Positions 22,450 through 34,449 of a DNA stretch of 64,000 bases are shown here, one piece after another. Origin of the DNA: Cladosporium halotolerans (lineage: Eukaryota). A program made the position numbers and the translations under genes. The stretch is from contig NW_027191482.1 of assembly GCF_011745625.1 (NCBI RefSeq), positions 62,001-126,000 on the forward strand. The letters run 5' to 3'. Each line of letters starts with the position of its first letter. The stretch's first letter is position 1. Below the pieces are notes generated by a model. The model was not told the origin of the DNA. It was given only the letters and a program-made list of their open reading frames with translations, and did not search any database.

Positions 22450-23650
22450 GACGAGCTTTGGAGATAGCCGATCGTGAATCGGATCAGTAACATAAAATGC
22501 ACAGAGAATGGAGACTTCAAGGTAATATCAGCGTGTTAGGCCGTGAGAGTGAAGACGCTCCTCTCACCAGATACCAGATACCGAGCAAAGAACATCCCGA
22601 TCCAAATAGTCGGCGTTGCTACAGCAAGCCTGGGCGCCGGGCCCGAGTATCGGTCGGTCACAGGTGCAAAGTACAAATCGGGACGTAAGGAATGAAGTGC
22701 GTGTGGTTTTGCGGTGCGCGCTGCATTCCGGCACGAAGTCAAAGCCGAGCACACCAGAAGCCGGATTCTACTACACAACAGGTTGACCTGGTTGTCAGGT
22801 CGACGTGCAGATATAACATGACGATCATCGGTTCAGCTCGTTCACGTAGAGTATCGGCATGATGCTCCTCTGAAGTCGACTGCTTGCTCTTCGGACTGGT
22901 AGAGAAATGGTCCGCAGGCAGGGTGGTGACCGCAACAGAGCGCGGACTCGGGCCGAAGGGATTCGGTACGACGGGCATGGCTTGCTCTTGTATGCTACAG
23001 TCCAGTGGTGCGCTGTCTGACACTGGACGGTAGGCAACGGGTATATCTCCAGCATGATGTAACTAGATCATCATATTATTTCTTAGATCTCGGAGTCTTT
23101 AACGATCTTTGTGCTCGTATTGCAATATTTCGTAAATGAAACGGAGGATGAACCATTGAAAAGAGAATAAGTTGGTTTGTCAAACCTTTCCATGTGCCTC
23201 GAGGGAGAAGGTAACTCGTGGGGCGGATGTGTAAGATTGCAGAAGCTTGTAAAAACGGGACAGCGCGTAGATGGTACTTGTGATTAGTCTTTTCGGCTTC
23301 ATCTGGCATGAGTGCACGCGAAGAGACCTCGTCAACCATGGGTAGACGCAGGCTGCACATCGCTGAATACGTGATGTTAATCAGTAAGGCGAATGCGTAA
23401 GCTGACGACTGAATCATTGCCATGGGCTTCAGATGCAAAAACAGGAGAAAGCGCGTCGCAGTCGTGACACGGCGCGCACGGCCCCTGGCCAATCCTCCGA
23501 CCTCACCATTCGCAGCGGCCCTTCTTGAACGACATCCTAACACTTTCAACCGCCACCACACGACGACGTGAAAATGCCAGTGTGTTCAGCATGATTTACA
23601 GTCAGCCATCGACAACCTGAAGACATGCCAGTTCCCAGGGCACCACCCCA

Positions 23651-24445
23651 ATGCCCCTCCTAAACCCCTTCATCCGCCTCCCCGGCCGCTGGTCCCGCCG
23701 CCGTGCCCGGAAATTCCGCATGGCCCTGCAACTCCTTGCCCTCGCCGTCCTCCTCCTGGTCCTTCTCCCAGCCTACATAATCTACAAACCCCCCGCATCC
23801 CTCATCTCCTACCTGCAGTCCCGCAATCCCTCTGTGCTCTTCCAGATCGCCACGCAGCGGAAACTCGTCGCGCTGACGATCGATGACGCGCCATCGCAGT
23901 ACACGCGCGAGATTCTGGAGTTGCTGAGAGTGAACGACGCGCGGGCGACGTTTTTGGTGATCGGCGGCCAGGTGCCCGGCAACGAAGCGCTGCTAGCGGA
24001 GATCGTGCGCGCGGGGCACGAGTTGGGGAACCATGCTATGCATGACGAGCCGAGCGTGTCGCTGTCGTCCGAAGTACTCGCGCGGGAGATCAGGGACGTC
24101 GATGTGATGCTCGACAGGGCTTATGAGGAAGCCGGCGTCGAGCGGACGGGGCGGTATTTCCGGCCTGGGTCGGGGGTTTTCAGCGAGAGGATTCTGGAGG
24201 TTGCAGACGAGGCTGGGTATCAGACGATTCTGGGGAGCATTTATCCGCACGATCCGTTTATTGGACAGTGGAGGGTGAATGCGTGGCATGTGCTGAGTTC
24301 GCTGAGGAAGGGCGCGGTGATTATTTGCCATGATCGGAGGTCGTGGACGGTGCCGATGTTGAGGAAGGCGCTGCCGGAGATGAAGAGGAGGGGGTATGAG
24401 GTTGCGACTGTTTCGCGGTTGATTGGGTCTTTGAAGGATCCATGA
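23651..24445 (+). CDS. CE4 / NodB-family polysaccharide (chitin) deacetylase with N-terminal membrane anchor
   Basis: ALTIDDAP, RATFLVIG, GHELGNHAMHD, YFRPG and GAVIICHD motifs. Confidence 0.88.
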   Translation: MPLLNPFIRLPGRWSRRRARKFRMALQLLALAVLLLVLLPAYIIYKPPASLISYLQSRNPSVLFQIATQRKLVALTIDDAPSQYTREILELLRVNDARATFLVIGGQVPGNEALLAEIVRAGHELGNHAMHDEPSVSLSSEVLAREIRDVDVMLDRAYEEAGVERTGRYFRPGSGVFSERILEVADEAGYQTILGSIYPHDPFIGQWRVNAWHVLSSLRKGAVIICHDRRSWTVPMLRKALPEMKRRGYEVATVSRLIGSLKDP

Positions 24446-24878
24446 GGTCGCTCTGCAACTACTACTATTTGGCAACCGAAGAAGACGCATCGGCAAATAC
24501 TTGCGCGATGCTAGCTGCGAGGCACTTACATGTTACTCGACTGTTTGCAAAACAGTGGTGCTGGACTGTGTAGTCGAGCGATAGTGCTTGCAAGACAGAC
24601 ACTACGGCTCCACCGCGATGGCAGACTCGACAGTCGAAGGCCCTGAACAATCATCCAAAGGATCCGGGCGCTTACGTGGACACGAGGATGTCACTGGTAA
24701 TGGAAAGCATATGCCCAGTCCAACTCAATTATTCAGTGAGAAACATGTAGTGATAGAACATCACATAGCCTTGAATTGAGAACACTAGGCAATCGATACC
24801 CGGAAGATGTTCAGAAGTTAAACTTCCATTGCAATCACGGGTGCAAAAAGACCATGCTCAAGAACGAGCAAAAGATAA

Positions 24879-24979
24879 TGGAGAAACCCGGAGTCGAACC
24901 GGGAACCTTCTCCACTTAACAGATACAAGGCGTGCTTGTATGGTGCTAAGAAGATGTCATACCGCTAGACCATATCCCC
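24879..24979 (-). tRNA. tRNA-Ala(AGC) with 29-nt intron (24915-24943)
   Basis: GGGGATATGGTCTAGCGGTATGACATCTTCTT-AGC-A[intron]TGGAGAAGGTTCCCGGTTCGACTCCGGGTTTCTCCA; G3:U70 Ala identity pair; A and B boxes; T-run downstream. Confidence 0.93.
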
Positions 24980-26152
24980 GAAGTCGCATTGCTGCGAATT
25001 CATGTTGCAAATGCAGCTCGCGCAAATTATAATGCTTCAAAGTTTGGTTTCAAGAGTCACATCGCAACGCTTAGCATCATTACTAGTGATAACCTGGGAA
25101 GGCTCAGCTTGAATGAAAGGGTTCTTTCATTGCTCGACAGCAACATGTCTGGCGACATGGCTTTATATGCGATCGCATCCACACATGCCCCTATGCGGAA
25201 GGAACGGAAAGTGAAGTGGAAGCGCGGCGGTTAACAACAAGCGAGCAAAGGCATCCATCCATAACGAACAATCCATCCCCAATCAGGCCACCCATGCAGC
25301 CTCAGCCTCCTCTTCAGCCGTCACGCACAGGCTGCAGGCTTGCGGGCACACTAGTACTAGCGAGTACATAGCAGCTGCTTAGGCGCGAGTCCAAGCGCAT
25401 CGTCGACCCCGCAGACGAGGCGGCCAGGCTCTGGCAGCTGATAAGGCCAGGGTAGAAGTCCCTCCGTGCCCTGCCGTCCCATCTCTTCCTTTCTCGTCCA
25501 TCCCTAAACTCGAAGCAGTCGCTGCCATCGTTGTCAATCCAGCTAGCCGCTTGCCGAACAGCGAACGGAAACCCACTCTTCCTGTGCTTGTCTGCCCTGT
25601 CCGACAACCTTACCACGCTTACCTGACTTGCTGGGCTTACACCTGCCTCAGGTCCCTTCCGCTGCCCTCTGCCGCGCTCGCACATTCCTCGCCCGCCGCC
25701 CGTCTCGTCCTGCCTCGCTGCCCGAGGCACTCGTCCCGCGCCGGCTCTGAAACGCAGCGCCACCGTCGCACGCAACCGCCGCCGCGACTGTCGCCACCGA
25801 CACCGCCGGCACCACCTCTTCCTCACCACCACCGCCGCCCGCCTCGCCGCCTCGCCGCCTCGCCGCACCTCGCGCGCGCCCGTCGCATCGCATTCTCCCG
25901 CGCCCGGCGAACCCACACCGCGCGCGCCGCCTCGCCTCGCCTCCGACGCGTCCGGCCGCGCCCCGCCCGCTCCCGCGCCGGCTGCGCCCGCCGCCCGGCC
26001 CACCCTGCCTCGCCAGTTCGCGCTTGGCACGCCCCGAGCTCCCGCTGAGCATTGTCGCTTTTCAGGTTCTCATCCGCCAGCTCCAAAGAGGCAACTCATC
26101 CCCACATCCCCGAAATCCCGCCTTACTGCATCAAGCCGCACCCACCAGCATC

Positions 26153-27067
26153 ATGGCCGAGATCACCGCCAACGACCAGACCAACTCGCCCACCGCCCCC
26201 GACGACCTCGACAACGGCAACGGCAACGGCGCGCTCGAGAACAGAGGCGTCAAGCGCCCGCGCCCCAGCGCCGCCGACGACGATGACGACGACGACGACA
26301 AGCCCGGCCGCGAGCGCCGCAAGATCGAGATCAAGTTCATCCAGGACAAGTCGCGCCGTCACATCACCTTCTCCAAGCGCAAGGCCGGCATCATGAAGAA
26401 GGTGAGTCACCGCCTCGACTGCGCGCCGCCGTGCGACCGCGCGCGACGCCCACGGCCTCGTCGTCCCGGCTCGCGCGCATTACGCGTCGAGACACCTTCA
26501 ACGCGTCGCAAACCACTTACTGACGACATCGCATAGGCATACGAGCTGTCCGTCCTCACCGGCACTCAGGTGCTCCTCCTCGTCGTCTCCGAGACCGGTC
26601 TCGTCTACACCTTCACCACCCCCAAGCTGCAGCCACTGGTCACCAAGCCCGAGGGCAAGAACCTCATCCAGGTACATACTTGCACATCACTCACCCACCA
26701 CGCTTCACCTCCGCTGACCGCTTCCGCCAGGCCTGCCTGAACGCGCCTGAACCCGCCGACGCCAACGGCGTCGACGGCGAATCCGCCGTGGACTCGCCTG
26801 AAGAGCACAACGCCGCCCCGCCAATGGCTCAGCCAATGGCCCAAGGCATGCCGCGCAATCCTCCGCAGCAGACGCCCTCCTACATGACTGCCGATCAGCA
26901 GCAAGCGCTGCAGTACCAGGCCTACCTCCAGCAGCAGCAGCAGGCACAAGGCGCATATCCCATGCCGCCTCAGCAAGGTATGCACCAGCCGCGCTAGGAG
27001 CCGCCCTTAGCCAGGCTCTCCTAATGCACAAGCTGACGCATCATCGCAAGACATGAAACCGCAGTGA
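26153..27067 (+). CDS. MCM1: SRF-type MADS-box transcription factor
   Basis: RERRKIEIKFIQDKSRRHITFSKRKAGIMKK|AYELSVLTGTQVLLLVVSETGLVYTF. Introns 26402-26536 and 26672-26730, plus probable 26978-27050 (stop at 26997 if retained). Confidence 0.95.
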
Positions 27068-27670
27068 GCATCACGCGGTAGCAAGCAAACTATGAGACGA
27101 CATAAAGGACATCTTTTCTTCGGAGAGACCGGTGGCCTTCTTCGGGTTCAACCTGCTCTTTCCCTGCGTTGCGCGGCGCTCAAGGCGCTATCTACGGACA
27201 AACCCACTCTGGACTTTACTGTGGCTACGATTGACTTATTCTGAATCTCTCTTCTCTTTCTTCCCTTCTCGCCCTATTCCCTTTTGCTTGTTCTGTCATT
27301 TTTTTTTCCGGCTGAGTCCTTCCCCGGCAAACTTCCCAAAGTAACTTTTCGACAACCCAAAAAAGCTCGATGTCTTGCCCTCACGGTTGCAAAACTTCGA
27401 TATGAGATAATGCGGCAAGACGCGATGGAACGAGAGGTCGATGACGGACGAAATTGAGGAGGCTGGTCGTCTTTGTAGCTCGGATGTAATATATCTCTTC
27501 GAGAGCTTCGGATCGAAATGCATTCAGATCTCTGGAAATCGATCCCAGCATTGCCATCTCAATCTCGCATCCACCCGCAAAGCACACGATTACCCTCCCT
27601 CACTCTCACCCTCCGCCCAACCCTCCTCTCACTTCCCCATCCCTCACCCCACCGCCTCAACCACTCCCCC

Positions 27671-29486
27671 TCACGCTTCAACCTGCTCCGCCACCCTCCG
27701 AAGCAACGGCTCCCTCTCCCCACTCTTCTCCCCGGGCATGCCCTTCCACTCTCCACCCCCAACCTTCCCAACCCTCCACGTCCCCTCCTCCCTCGCTTTC
27801 TCAAAGAACTCCAGATTCTCCTCGAACCCGCGCCCGCCCGTCTCCGGCACGTAGACCTGCGTCACGACGCCCGCGACCAGGTTCGTGCCCGCGAAAATCG
27901 CAAACAGCCAGTACGACAGCGTGTTGAAGAGGATGGGCGTCAGCAGTGTCACGGCGAAGTTCGACAGGCCCCAGGTGATCACGCTGATGGCTGTGCCTTG
28001 GGCGCGCGCCGTCGTGGGGTAGATTTCGGTCGGGATCAGCCAGGGTGGCACGAGCCAGGTTATGCCGAAGGTTGCGGTGGCGAGGTAGAGGGTCTTTTTG
28101 TTTGGGGGAATTGGTTAGTTTTGGTTTCGGGGATTTGAGGAGTAGGTGAGGTGTGGGGGAGGAAGACGTACTGGGAGGGTTGTTAGCGTTTGTTTGGAAG
28201 ATGATTGAAGGGGTTGAAGTGAGGGACTTACCGACTATACCAGGGATTGCAACGCCTTCGGAGGGAATACCGAGTTGCTCGGAGTTCCTCTCGAGACCGG
28301 CGAAGACGGCCAGCAGGGCGAAACCTAGCGTTAAGAGAGCAGAGCCCCAAACCATCAACGCGCGCCGACCAACCGCATCAATCAGCAACCATGCGAAAGT
28401 CATGAGAACGAAGTAGGAGATATAATTCCCCTGCGTCAGAAACTCCGACTTCCGCACCCCATACCCCAACAGCTCGAAAATCTGCGGCCCGTACACCGAC
28501 ACCGCTCCATACCCCGTCAGCGCCTGGTTGACCTGCCCGACGACCGTGAGCACCGTCGCGTGAAACTGCGCCCGCCCCGGCACCAGCATATCCACATACC
28601 CCACGCTCCCCCCGCCCTCGACCTCCTGCCTATGCGCCTCGACCAGCTCCTTACACGTCCCCTGTACCTCCTCCCCATCCTCCCCACCACCCAGCACAGC
28701 CGCCAGACTCCCCTTCGCCTCCCCCTCGCGCCCATGGTAAATCAGCCACCGAGGCGACTCCGGCAACTTCTCAATAAACAACAACAACCCCAGCGGATAA
28801 ACCTGCATCGCCACAATCGGCACTCTCCAAGCCCACTCGTTCGATTTCCCGAGAGAGACAGTCGCCGCAAGGTTGATCGCAAACGCCATGTTCAGCCCGA
28901 AAACGTTGCTCTGGAACTCCTGCGCCAGCGCTTTGCCGCGCGCGCCGTCGCTGCTCAGCTCAGAGCTGTACACCGGCACCACGCTGTCGATGCCGCCCAC
29001 GCCGAGGCCCATCACCACTCTCCCCGCGTACATGACCGCGCGCGCGCCGCGGGAGTATCCCAGGCCGGCGACGAACATGAGCAGGTTGCCGAGGGAGGCG
29101 GCGAGCAGGCTGGCGAGGAGGGCGGGTTTGCGGCCGCGGCGGTCGGCGAGGTGCGAGAAGGCGACGGCCCCGAGGGCGCAGCCGAGGTAGTAGACGGAGA
29201 CGATTATGCCGATTTGGGGGGAGGTGGGGGGCAGGGACATGGTGTGCAGGTAGGAGGTGTTGGTGTTTATGAGGGACATCATGCCTTGGTCGTAGCTGGA
29301 GGGGGGTTAGCGGGTTGGGATTGGGGGGTTTGGCGATGGTTTTCTTGTGGGTGGAGGGCTGGCTTACCCATAGAGCGCTATGGCTGTGCTTGAGAAGAGC
29401 ACGACCTGCGAGGAGTGTTAGCTGGGCTGGTGGGTGTTTGGGAGTGAGGATGTTTAGGGACAGACCTGCTGTTTCTTGTCGTTCAT
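27671..29486 (-). CDS. MFS sugar porter (514 aa)
   Basis: YGYDQG, DRRGRK, GRVVMGLGVG, WRVP, PESPRWL, DAVGRR, PTEIYP and PETG motifs. Exons 29486-29466, 29405-29368, 29295-28233, 28093-27671. Confidence 0.9.
28094..28232 (-). other. [D1,2] stwintron (internal intron 28231-28171 nested in the donor of the external intron)
   Basis: GTC|G[GTAAGT...GCTAAC AACCCTCCCAG]TACGT...ACTAAC...AAAG|ACC. Removing the internal intron creates a GTACGT donor. Confidence 0.85.
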
Positions 29487-30428
29487 GAAGCTCTTGAGTC
29501 TATCCATCTTGACCGGTCTCCGTCCGACGGAGTCGGAGACGATGTAGTGTAGACCTGAAACGATGCCAGGGGCTTTTCCTCACAACGAGTTGTACAAAAG
29601 ACCAAGAAAATTCCTCCCAGAATCAATTGAACGAGGGACCGTTGGTTGATGATCAACAAAACAAAAGAGCCCTCAAAAAGCCCCGAAAACGACAGGGACC
29701 ACGATGGCACTTCAACGCAAATCAACAGGGAAGAAGCAATGACGTCCAGGGCACTAAATCGAAACTCAAACCAAAAGATCCACTGTAAGGTTGCACGTGG
29801 TACCTTGCAAAAAGGCGCCGATGGGCGTTCTGCCGCATCGCAAGCAGATGTCATGACGTTGGATTGCATAGGATCGACCGACGTCAGGTGGGGCTGGGCT
29901 GTTTGGCTGGCTGGCTGGACTCGACGGAGTGAGGATTTGCGGCACATGCTGCGAGATTCCAGGGCTTGCGGATCTCGGACGATAGAGCATCGATCTGAGG
30001 GCAGGAGGGCTGGATTTCTGTTACAGAGGTATTGGTTTTTCAACTTACGAATGGCATTCTAAAGGCCATCGTGAGTGAGAGTTTCGACGGCGATAATCAC
30101 GTAGGTGGAATGTCATAGTCTAGATCACGAAACATTGAATTAATCCTTCCTCATGAATGCCATGGTCTAGACACATCCCGTTGCCCAACCGTCTAGTAGG
30201 TAGAAAGCTAAGAGTCCGCAAAATCATCGCAATGAAAACAGCTTACCAATCCATCAAAAAAGCAGTGAACGCCATGCAATTTTTCTATCCTTCTTTCGTC
30301 TGCGACAGTCTCGTCATCAATCAAAAGAAAAGAGAAAACGCCGTGCAAAAGATGCAATGCAGTCGTGTATGTCCATCACAAAAGTCAGAAGACAATTAGA
30401 CAAGTAATGCTTATAAGGCATCACCCAT

Positions 30429-33400
30429 CTAAGCGTCCTCAGCGTCGGAGTCAGGCGGGTGGGGAGTACCCTTGGGGCTGTTCAGCCATTCGATGTGCCT
30501 CAGCCTACGCCTGACCTCCGACTCCTTCTGCTCGGCACGGGTCTTCTTCTTCTTCTTCTTGGCCTTGAACTTCATGTCTCCACCGCCCTCGGCGTCACTC
30601 TGCGCGGGCGTACCGTTAGTGGAGGGCGCGGCGGAGCTGACGTTGGAGCTGGCGACGGCGGAAGAGGCGAGGGAAGAGCCTGGGCGGGAGTCCTCGAAGC
30701 GGTCCATGGAGACGGCCAAGTGGCCCTTCTGCGTCAGGCGGCCGGCCTCGACGTGCCACTGCTCGGGGCAGAGGGCGCCAACGAACTCTTCGTTGTGGGA
30801 GATCATGACGACACCACCCTTGTAGTCGCGGATGGCGACGGCGAGACCACCGAGGGACTCGCGGTCCAAGAAGTTGGTGGGCTCGTCGAGCACCAGCAAG
30901 TGAGGGTTGTTCCACATGGCACCGGCAAGGACGACCTTGACCTTCTGACCACCGGAGAGACCGGAGATCTCGTTGTGGTTGGCGATCTCGGGGTCGAGAC
31001 CGACGTCCTCGAAGTGCTTGCTGATGACCTTCGGCTCGAGCTTGCGGAAACCAAGACCCTCTCTGCTGGCCTCGTGGTCGTCGTACTCCTGGATCAGCTT
31101 CTGGAAGCCGCGCTCCATGAGGGTCTCGCGAGAGATCATAGTGTTGTGCTTGGGCAACCAGCCAACCCACTTGACCTCGTACTGGAAGGTCTTCTTGTAC
31201 TTCTGACGACCAATGAGGGTCTCGATCTTGCGCGGGCCCTTGCCGTCACCGATGTCGATGGTCACCTCCATCTGAGCCTTGTCCTCATCAGTCATGATGC
31301 GGGTCTGCTTCATGTGAACCTCACGGTCATCACCGTTGGCGTAACGCCACTGCAGGTACTGGTTGGGAGTCTTCTCCAAGTGCATCTCGACGTGCTCAAG
31401 AGCGTGCTGCTTGATGTAACCGATACGCAAGTTGGGGTGCTTCTCGACCTTACCCTGCTGCGGGATAACCTCACCAGTCAGGACCTTGATAAGCGTAGAC
31501 TTACCAGCACCGTTAGGACCGATGATGGCAACTCTGCTGCTCAGGGTAAGTTGGGCGGACAGGTTGTGCAGGTTAGGCTTGGAAGCACCGGGGTAGGTGA
31601 AAGTGCAGTCGGACATGCGCAGAATGGCACGCGTGTTCGACTTGACACCAGTGAGGATACCAGGAGGCGGGAACTTGAACTGGAGCTGGTCGGCGCTGAG
31701 GGTGTAGTAGGTCTTGGCCTCAGGCTTCTGCTTGACGAAAGCAGCAAGGTTACCCTTGTAGTTGACGAGCTTCTTCTGCTCGTAGTGCAGAATATCCGTG
31801 CAGACCTCGTCGAGGAAACCGGAGTCGTGGGAGACGATGAGGGAGGTGATATCGGTGTGGGTCTTGAGGTACTCCTGCAGCCACTTGACGTTACCAACGT
31901 CAAGATGGTTGGTAGGTTCGTCAAGAAGGAAGACATCAGCGCGCATCAACATGGCGCGGGCCAAAGCCAGCTTCATCTTCCAACCACCGGAAAGAGAACC
32001 GACCTCCTCAGACTGGCGGCCTTCGGGGCCTGAAGAGAAGCCGACCTCTTCCAGAACGGCGACAATGCGCTCCTTGGGTTCGTTTTGAAGCTCAGGGTCC
32101 TTCACAGCGTACTCGAGAATGGTGAGGTCGGCATCCTCGCCCTGGTTGTGCTCGACGAAGCAAGTGCGGACCTGGTCCTGAGGAGGGAAACCGTCGAGCT
32201 TGCCGGTAGCAATAGAGCGCATGAGAGTACTCTTACCGCAACCGTTGCGACCGCAAAGACCGTAGCGGTGGCCCTTGAGCAGACGCAGGTTGGTGTGCGA
32301 GAGGAGGAGCATACCACCGTAGCCGAGGGAGAAGGTGGCGTTGACAATCTCGGTCTCACCCTCCTCGACCTGAGGAGGGGCGCCGAACTTGCGCTCGTCC
32401 TCGCTCACGTAGAACTTGTGCATGGACTCAGCCACCGGGGCAGCATTCTCCATGAGACCTTCCAGGTAAGGAGTGATGTTGTTGACGATGCGGTCCAAAG
32501 CGCGCTGGTTGACGTCCTCGGAGACGATCTGGGAGACGTAGGTCTTGGTAAGCGCCCAGAGGTCAGCGTCGCCAGGCAGGTTCAAGAGACCGCCGTTGGC
32601 TTGAACCTCCTTCTCAAGGAGAGCCAGAACGTCGGACTCGCTGACGCGCTCGACATCCTTGAGGGCGTTGGGGTCGGCACCTTCACCCATGGCCTTGTTC
32701 ATGACGTCGAGAGCCCTCTGACCGATCTCGCGGACCTCGGGGAGCGACGCGCGGTCACACACAGCCTGGACACCAGGCTGGAGTTTGGGAAGGAAAGTAC
32801 GGGCCTCGACGGGGTCGTGGACGAGCTTAGTCAAGTTCTCCACGACAACGGTGGTCTGACGGGTAACTTCCTGGGTAGTCGTGGGAGTGTTAAGCGAACG
32901 CTCCAGGATGGGAGTCAGCAGGGCGAGAACGGGCGAGGTGACGACGGTGACGAAGGTAGTCTGGCTGAGAGCGTGGATAGCCTTCTTCTGAGCCTCGGTG
33001 CTCGGGTCTTCGATAGCCTTGACGATGATCGGGATCTTGGGCGCAATGTCGTCGTTCTGGAGGAGAGTGGTCAAGAGGTTCATGGTCTTGATGCCCTGCT
33101 TAGACACCTCGGCCTTGAGATCGTGCATGCCAGCCTCAACGATGGGGATCAAAGCCTGAAGCTTCTTACCCATGGCCTCGCGCAGAACGTCCTTGTTCTT
33201 CTCGATCTCGAGGCTCTCCATGCCCATCTGTGCCTTGTCCGCCATCTTGCCGATCAGCGCCAGCGCAGCGGCAGCACCCTGCCACTTGCCGGTAGCCTTG
33301 CGGAGGTAGGTCATGAGTACGGGGAGGAGGCCGAAAACCTTGCCCTCGGAGTTGAGGTGGTTGAAGAGAGTGTCCAGCGCATACTGGGCACCCTCTTTGA

Positions 33401-33794
33401 CAGCGCTCTGCTTGTCAGAAAGCGCATCCAGCGCGCAGGTGACAAGTCCTTGCTCTTGCAACATGAAGATGACCTCGCTGATGCGAGCCTTGGGAGGGAA
33501 GCGCTCGAAAATTGCGCCAAGCGCGAACATGGCGCCCTCTCTCTTAGCGCCACTCTTCTTGTCGGTGGCAGACTTCACAATCTCCTGGATGATACCGTAG
33601 CCGGCAAGGCCACGGAAGCTGACGCTGTTCAGCAGCACGTCGGTGAGAGTGTAAGAAGCGTCGAGGCTCTCCTGAGACGTCTTGGAGCCGTAGATCTTGG
33701 AGGTGATCGCGTTAACGTCCTCGGGCGCAGGCGCAGCATTCTTGCTGGTGACCATGACTTGAGGGGCCATGGGGGGCGACTCCTGGTGAGGCAT
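30429..33794 (-). CDS. YEF3: Translation elongation factor 3 (HEAT repeats, two ABC cassettes, chromodomain insert)
   Basis: GRNGCGKST/LSGGWKMK and GPNGAGKST/LSGGQKVK; YEVKW chromo insert; Lys-rich tail; strong codon bias. Confidence 0.95.
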   Translation of the reverse strand: MPHQESPPMAPQVMVTSKNAAPAPEDVNAITSKIYGSKTSQESLDASYTLTDVLLNSVSFRGLAGYGIIQEIVKSATDKKSGAKREGAMFALGAIFERFPPKARISEVIFMLQEQGLVTCALDALSDKQSAVKEGAQYALDTLFNHLNSEGKVFGLLPVLMTYLRKATGKWQGAAAALALIGKMADKAQMGMESLEIEKNKDVLREAMGKKLQALIPIVEAGMHDLKAEVSKQGIKTMNLLTTLLQNDDIAPKIPIIVKAIEDPSTEAQKKAIHALSQTTFVTVVTSPVLALLTPILERSLNTPTTTQEVTRQTTVVVENLTKLVHDPVEARTFLPKLQPGVQAVCDRASLPEVREIGQRALDVMNKAMGEGADPNALKDVERVSESDVLALLEKEVQANGGLLNLPGDADLWALTKTYVSQIVSEDVNQRALDRIVNNITPYLEGLMENAAPVAESMHKFYVSEDERKFGAPPQVEEGETEIVNATFSLGYGGMLLLSHTNLRLLKGHRYGLCGRNGCGKSTLMRSIATGKLDGFPPQDQVRTCFVEHNQGEDADLTILEYAVKDPELQNEPKERIVAVLEEVGFSSGPEGRQSEEVGSLSGGWKMKLALARAMLMRADVFLLDEPTNHLDVGNVKWLQEYLKTHTDITSLIVSHDSGFLDEVCTDILHYEQKKLVNYKGNLAAFVKQKPEAKTYYTLSADQLQFKFPPPGILTGVKSNTRAILRMSDCTFTYPGASKPNLHNLSAQLTLSSRVAIIGPNGAGKSTLIKVLTGEVIPQQGKVEKHPNLRIGYIKQHALEHVEMHLEKTPNQYLQWRYANGDDREVHMKQTRIMTDEDKAQMEVTIDIGDGKGPRKIETLIGRQKYKKTFQYEVKWVGWLPKHNTMISRETLMERGFQKLIQEYDDHEASREGLGFRKLEPKVISKHFEDVGLDPEIANHNEISGLSGGQKVKVVLAGAMWNNPHLLVLDEPTNFLDRESLGGLAVAIRDYKGGVVMISHNEEFVGALCPEQWHVEAGRLTQKGHLAVSMDRFEDSRPGSSLASSAVASSNVSSAAPSTNGTPAQSDAEGGGDMKFKAKKKKKKTRAEQKESEVRRRLRHIEWLNSPKGTPHPPDSDAEDA

Positions 33795-34449
33795 GTCGCT
33801 CCTGTGTGTGTTTCCTTCCTCTTGTGTAGTCGTGATTCGCGTGAAAAAGGGTATCTCGTGGTGGGTGGGACTGATCTCAACCAAAGAGCGTGCGACTGAG
33901 TAAGCAGCTGATAACAGGCGACTGCGCTCGTCGGACCAGGCGGGTGCGCACTCGCGTTTGCACGCGAATTAAAGGGAAAGAGTGGAGAGTCCAGAGAGCA
34001 AAGGCTCCTGTCGGGTCAAGCGAGAGGTGCCTGTTTATATGGTGGTGGGAGGGAAGAGACAGGCAGCCCCGCTGAATTTGGAACTTTTTTGCAAGGCTTC
34101 CCCCTCTGCGCCCAACGAGTGTCTCCACGTGCCGCCAGGGAGCCGCTTTCAGCCCTACGGGCGAGACGTCACGGCTGTTGTTGACTTGGCTGCCGAGGCC
34201 GCTCGACTCGCCTCCTCCGACCCTGGCAAACTCTGTGCCAGATTATTCCAACTCCCGGTGATATTCCTTTCGAGGATATTCTCGGCTCGCCAATTATCGG
34301 GATATCTTCATTTGACAATGAATTCTTAGAATTGGGGTTTACACCTATGTCGGTTTTACAGAAGCTATCAATATCACTGCCTACAGAGTTTCACACCTCA
34401 CTTGGCATCCCCTGCCTATCTTGTCCGCATAAGTACCTTTCTTGTCACT

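Noticed and set aside
23076..23561. 161-aa minus-strand ORF with a hydrophobic stretch
   Set aside because: No recognisable motif or codon bias; it lies in the divergent promoter region.
24879..24979. tRNA-Ala as a pseudogene (U6:U67 mismatch) or integration site
   Set aside because: A single mismatch is tolerable, the identity elements are intact, and no duplicated tRNA fragment or mobile element was seen nearby.
30459..33899. Long plus-strand ORFs (524 and 604 aa) antisense to eEF3, and similar shadows over NBR1, MOSC and SEN1
   Set aside because: Expected by-product of strong codon bias on the coding strand; no protein motifs.
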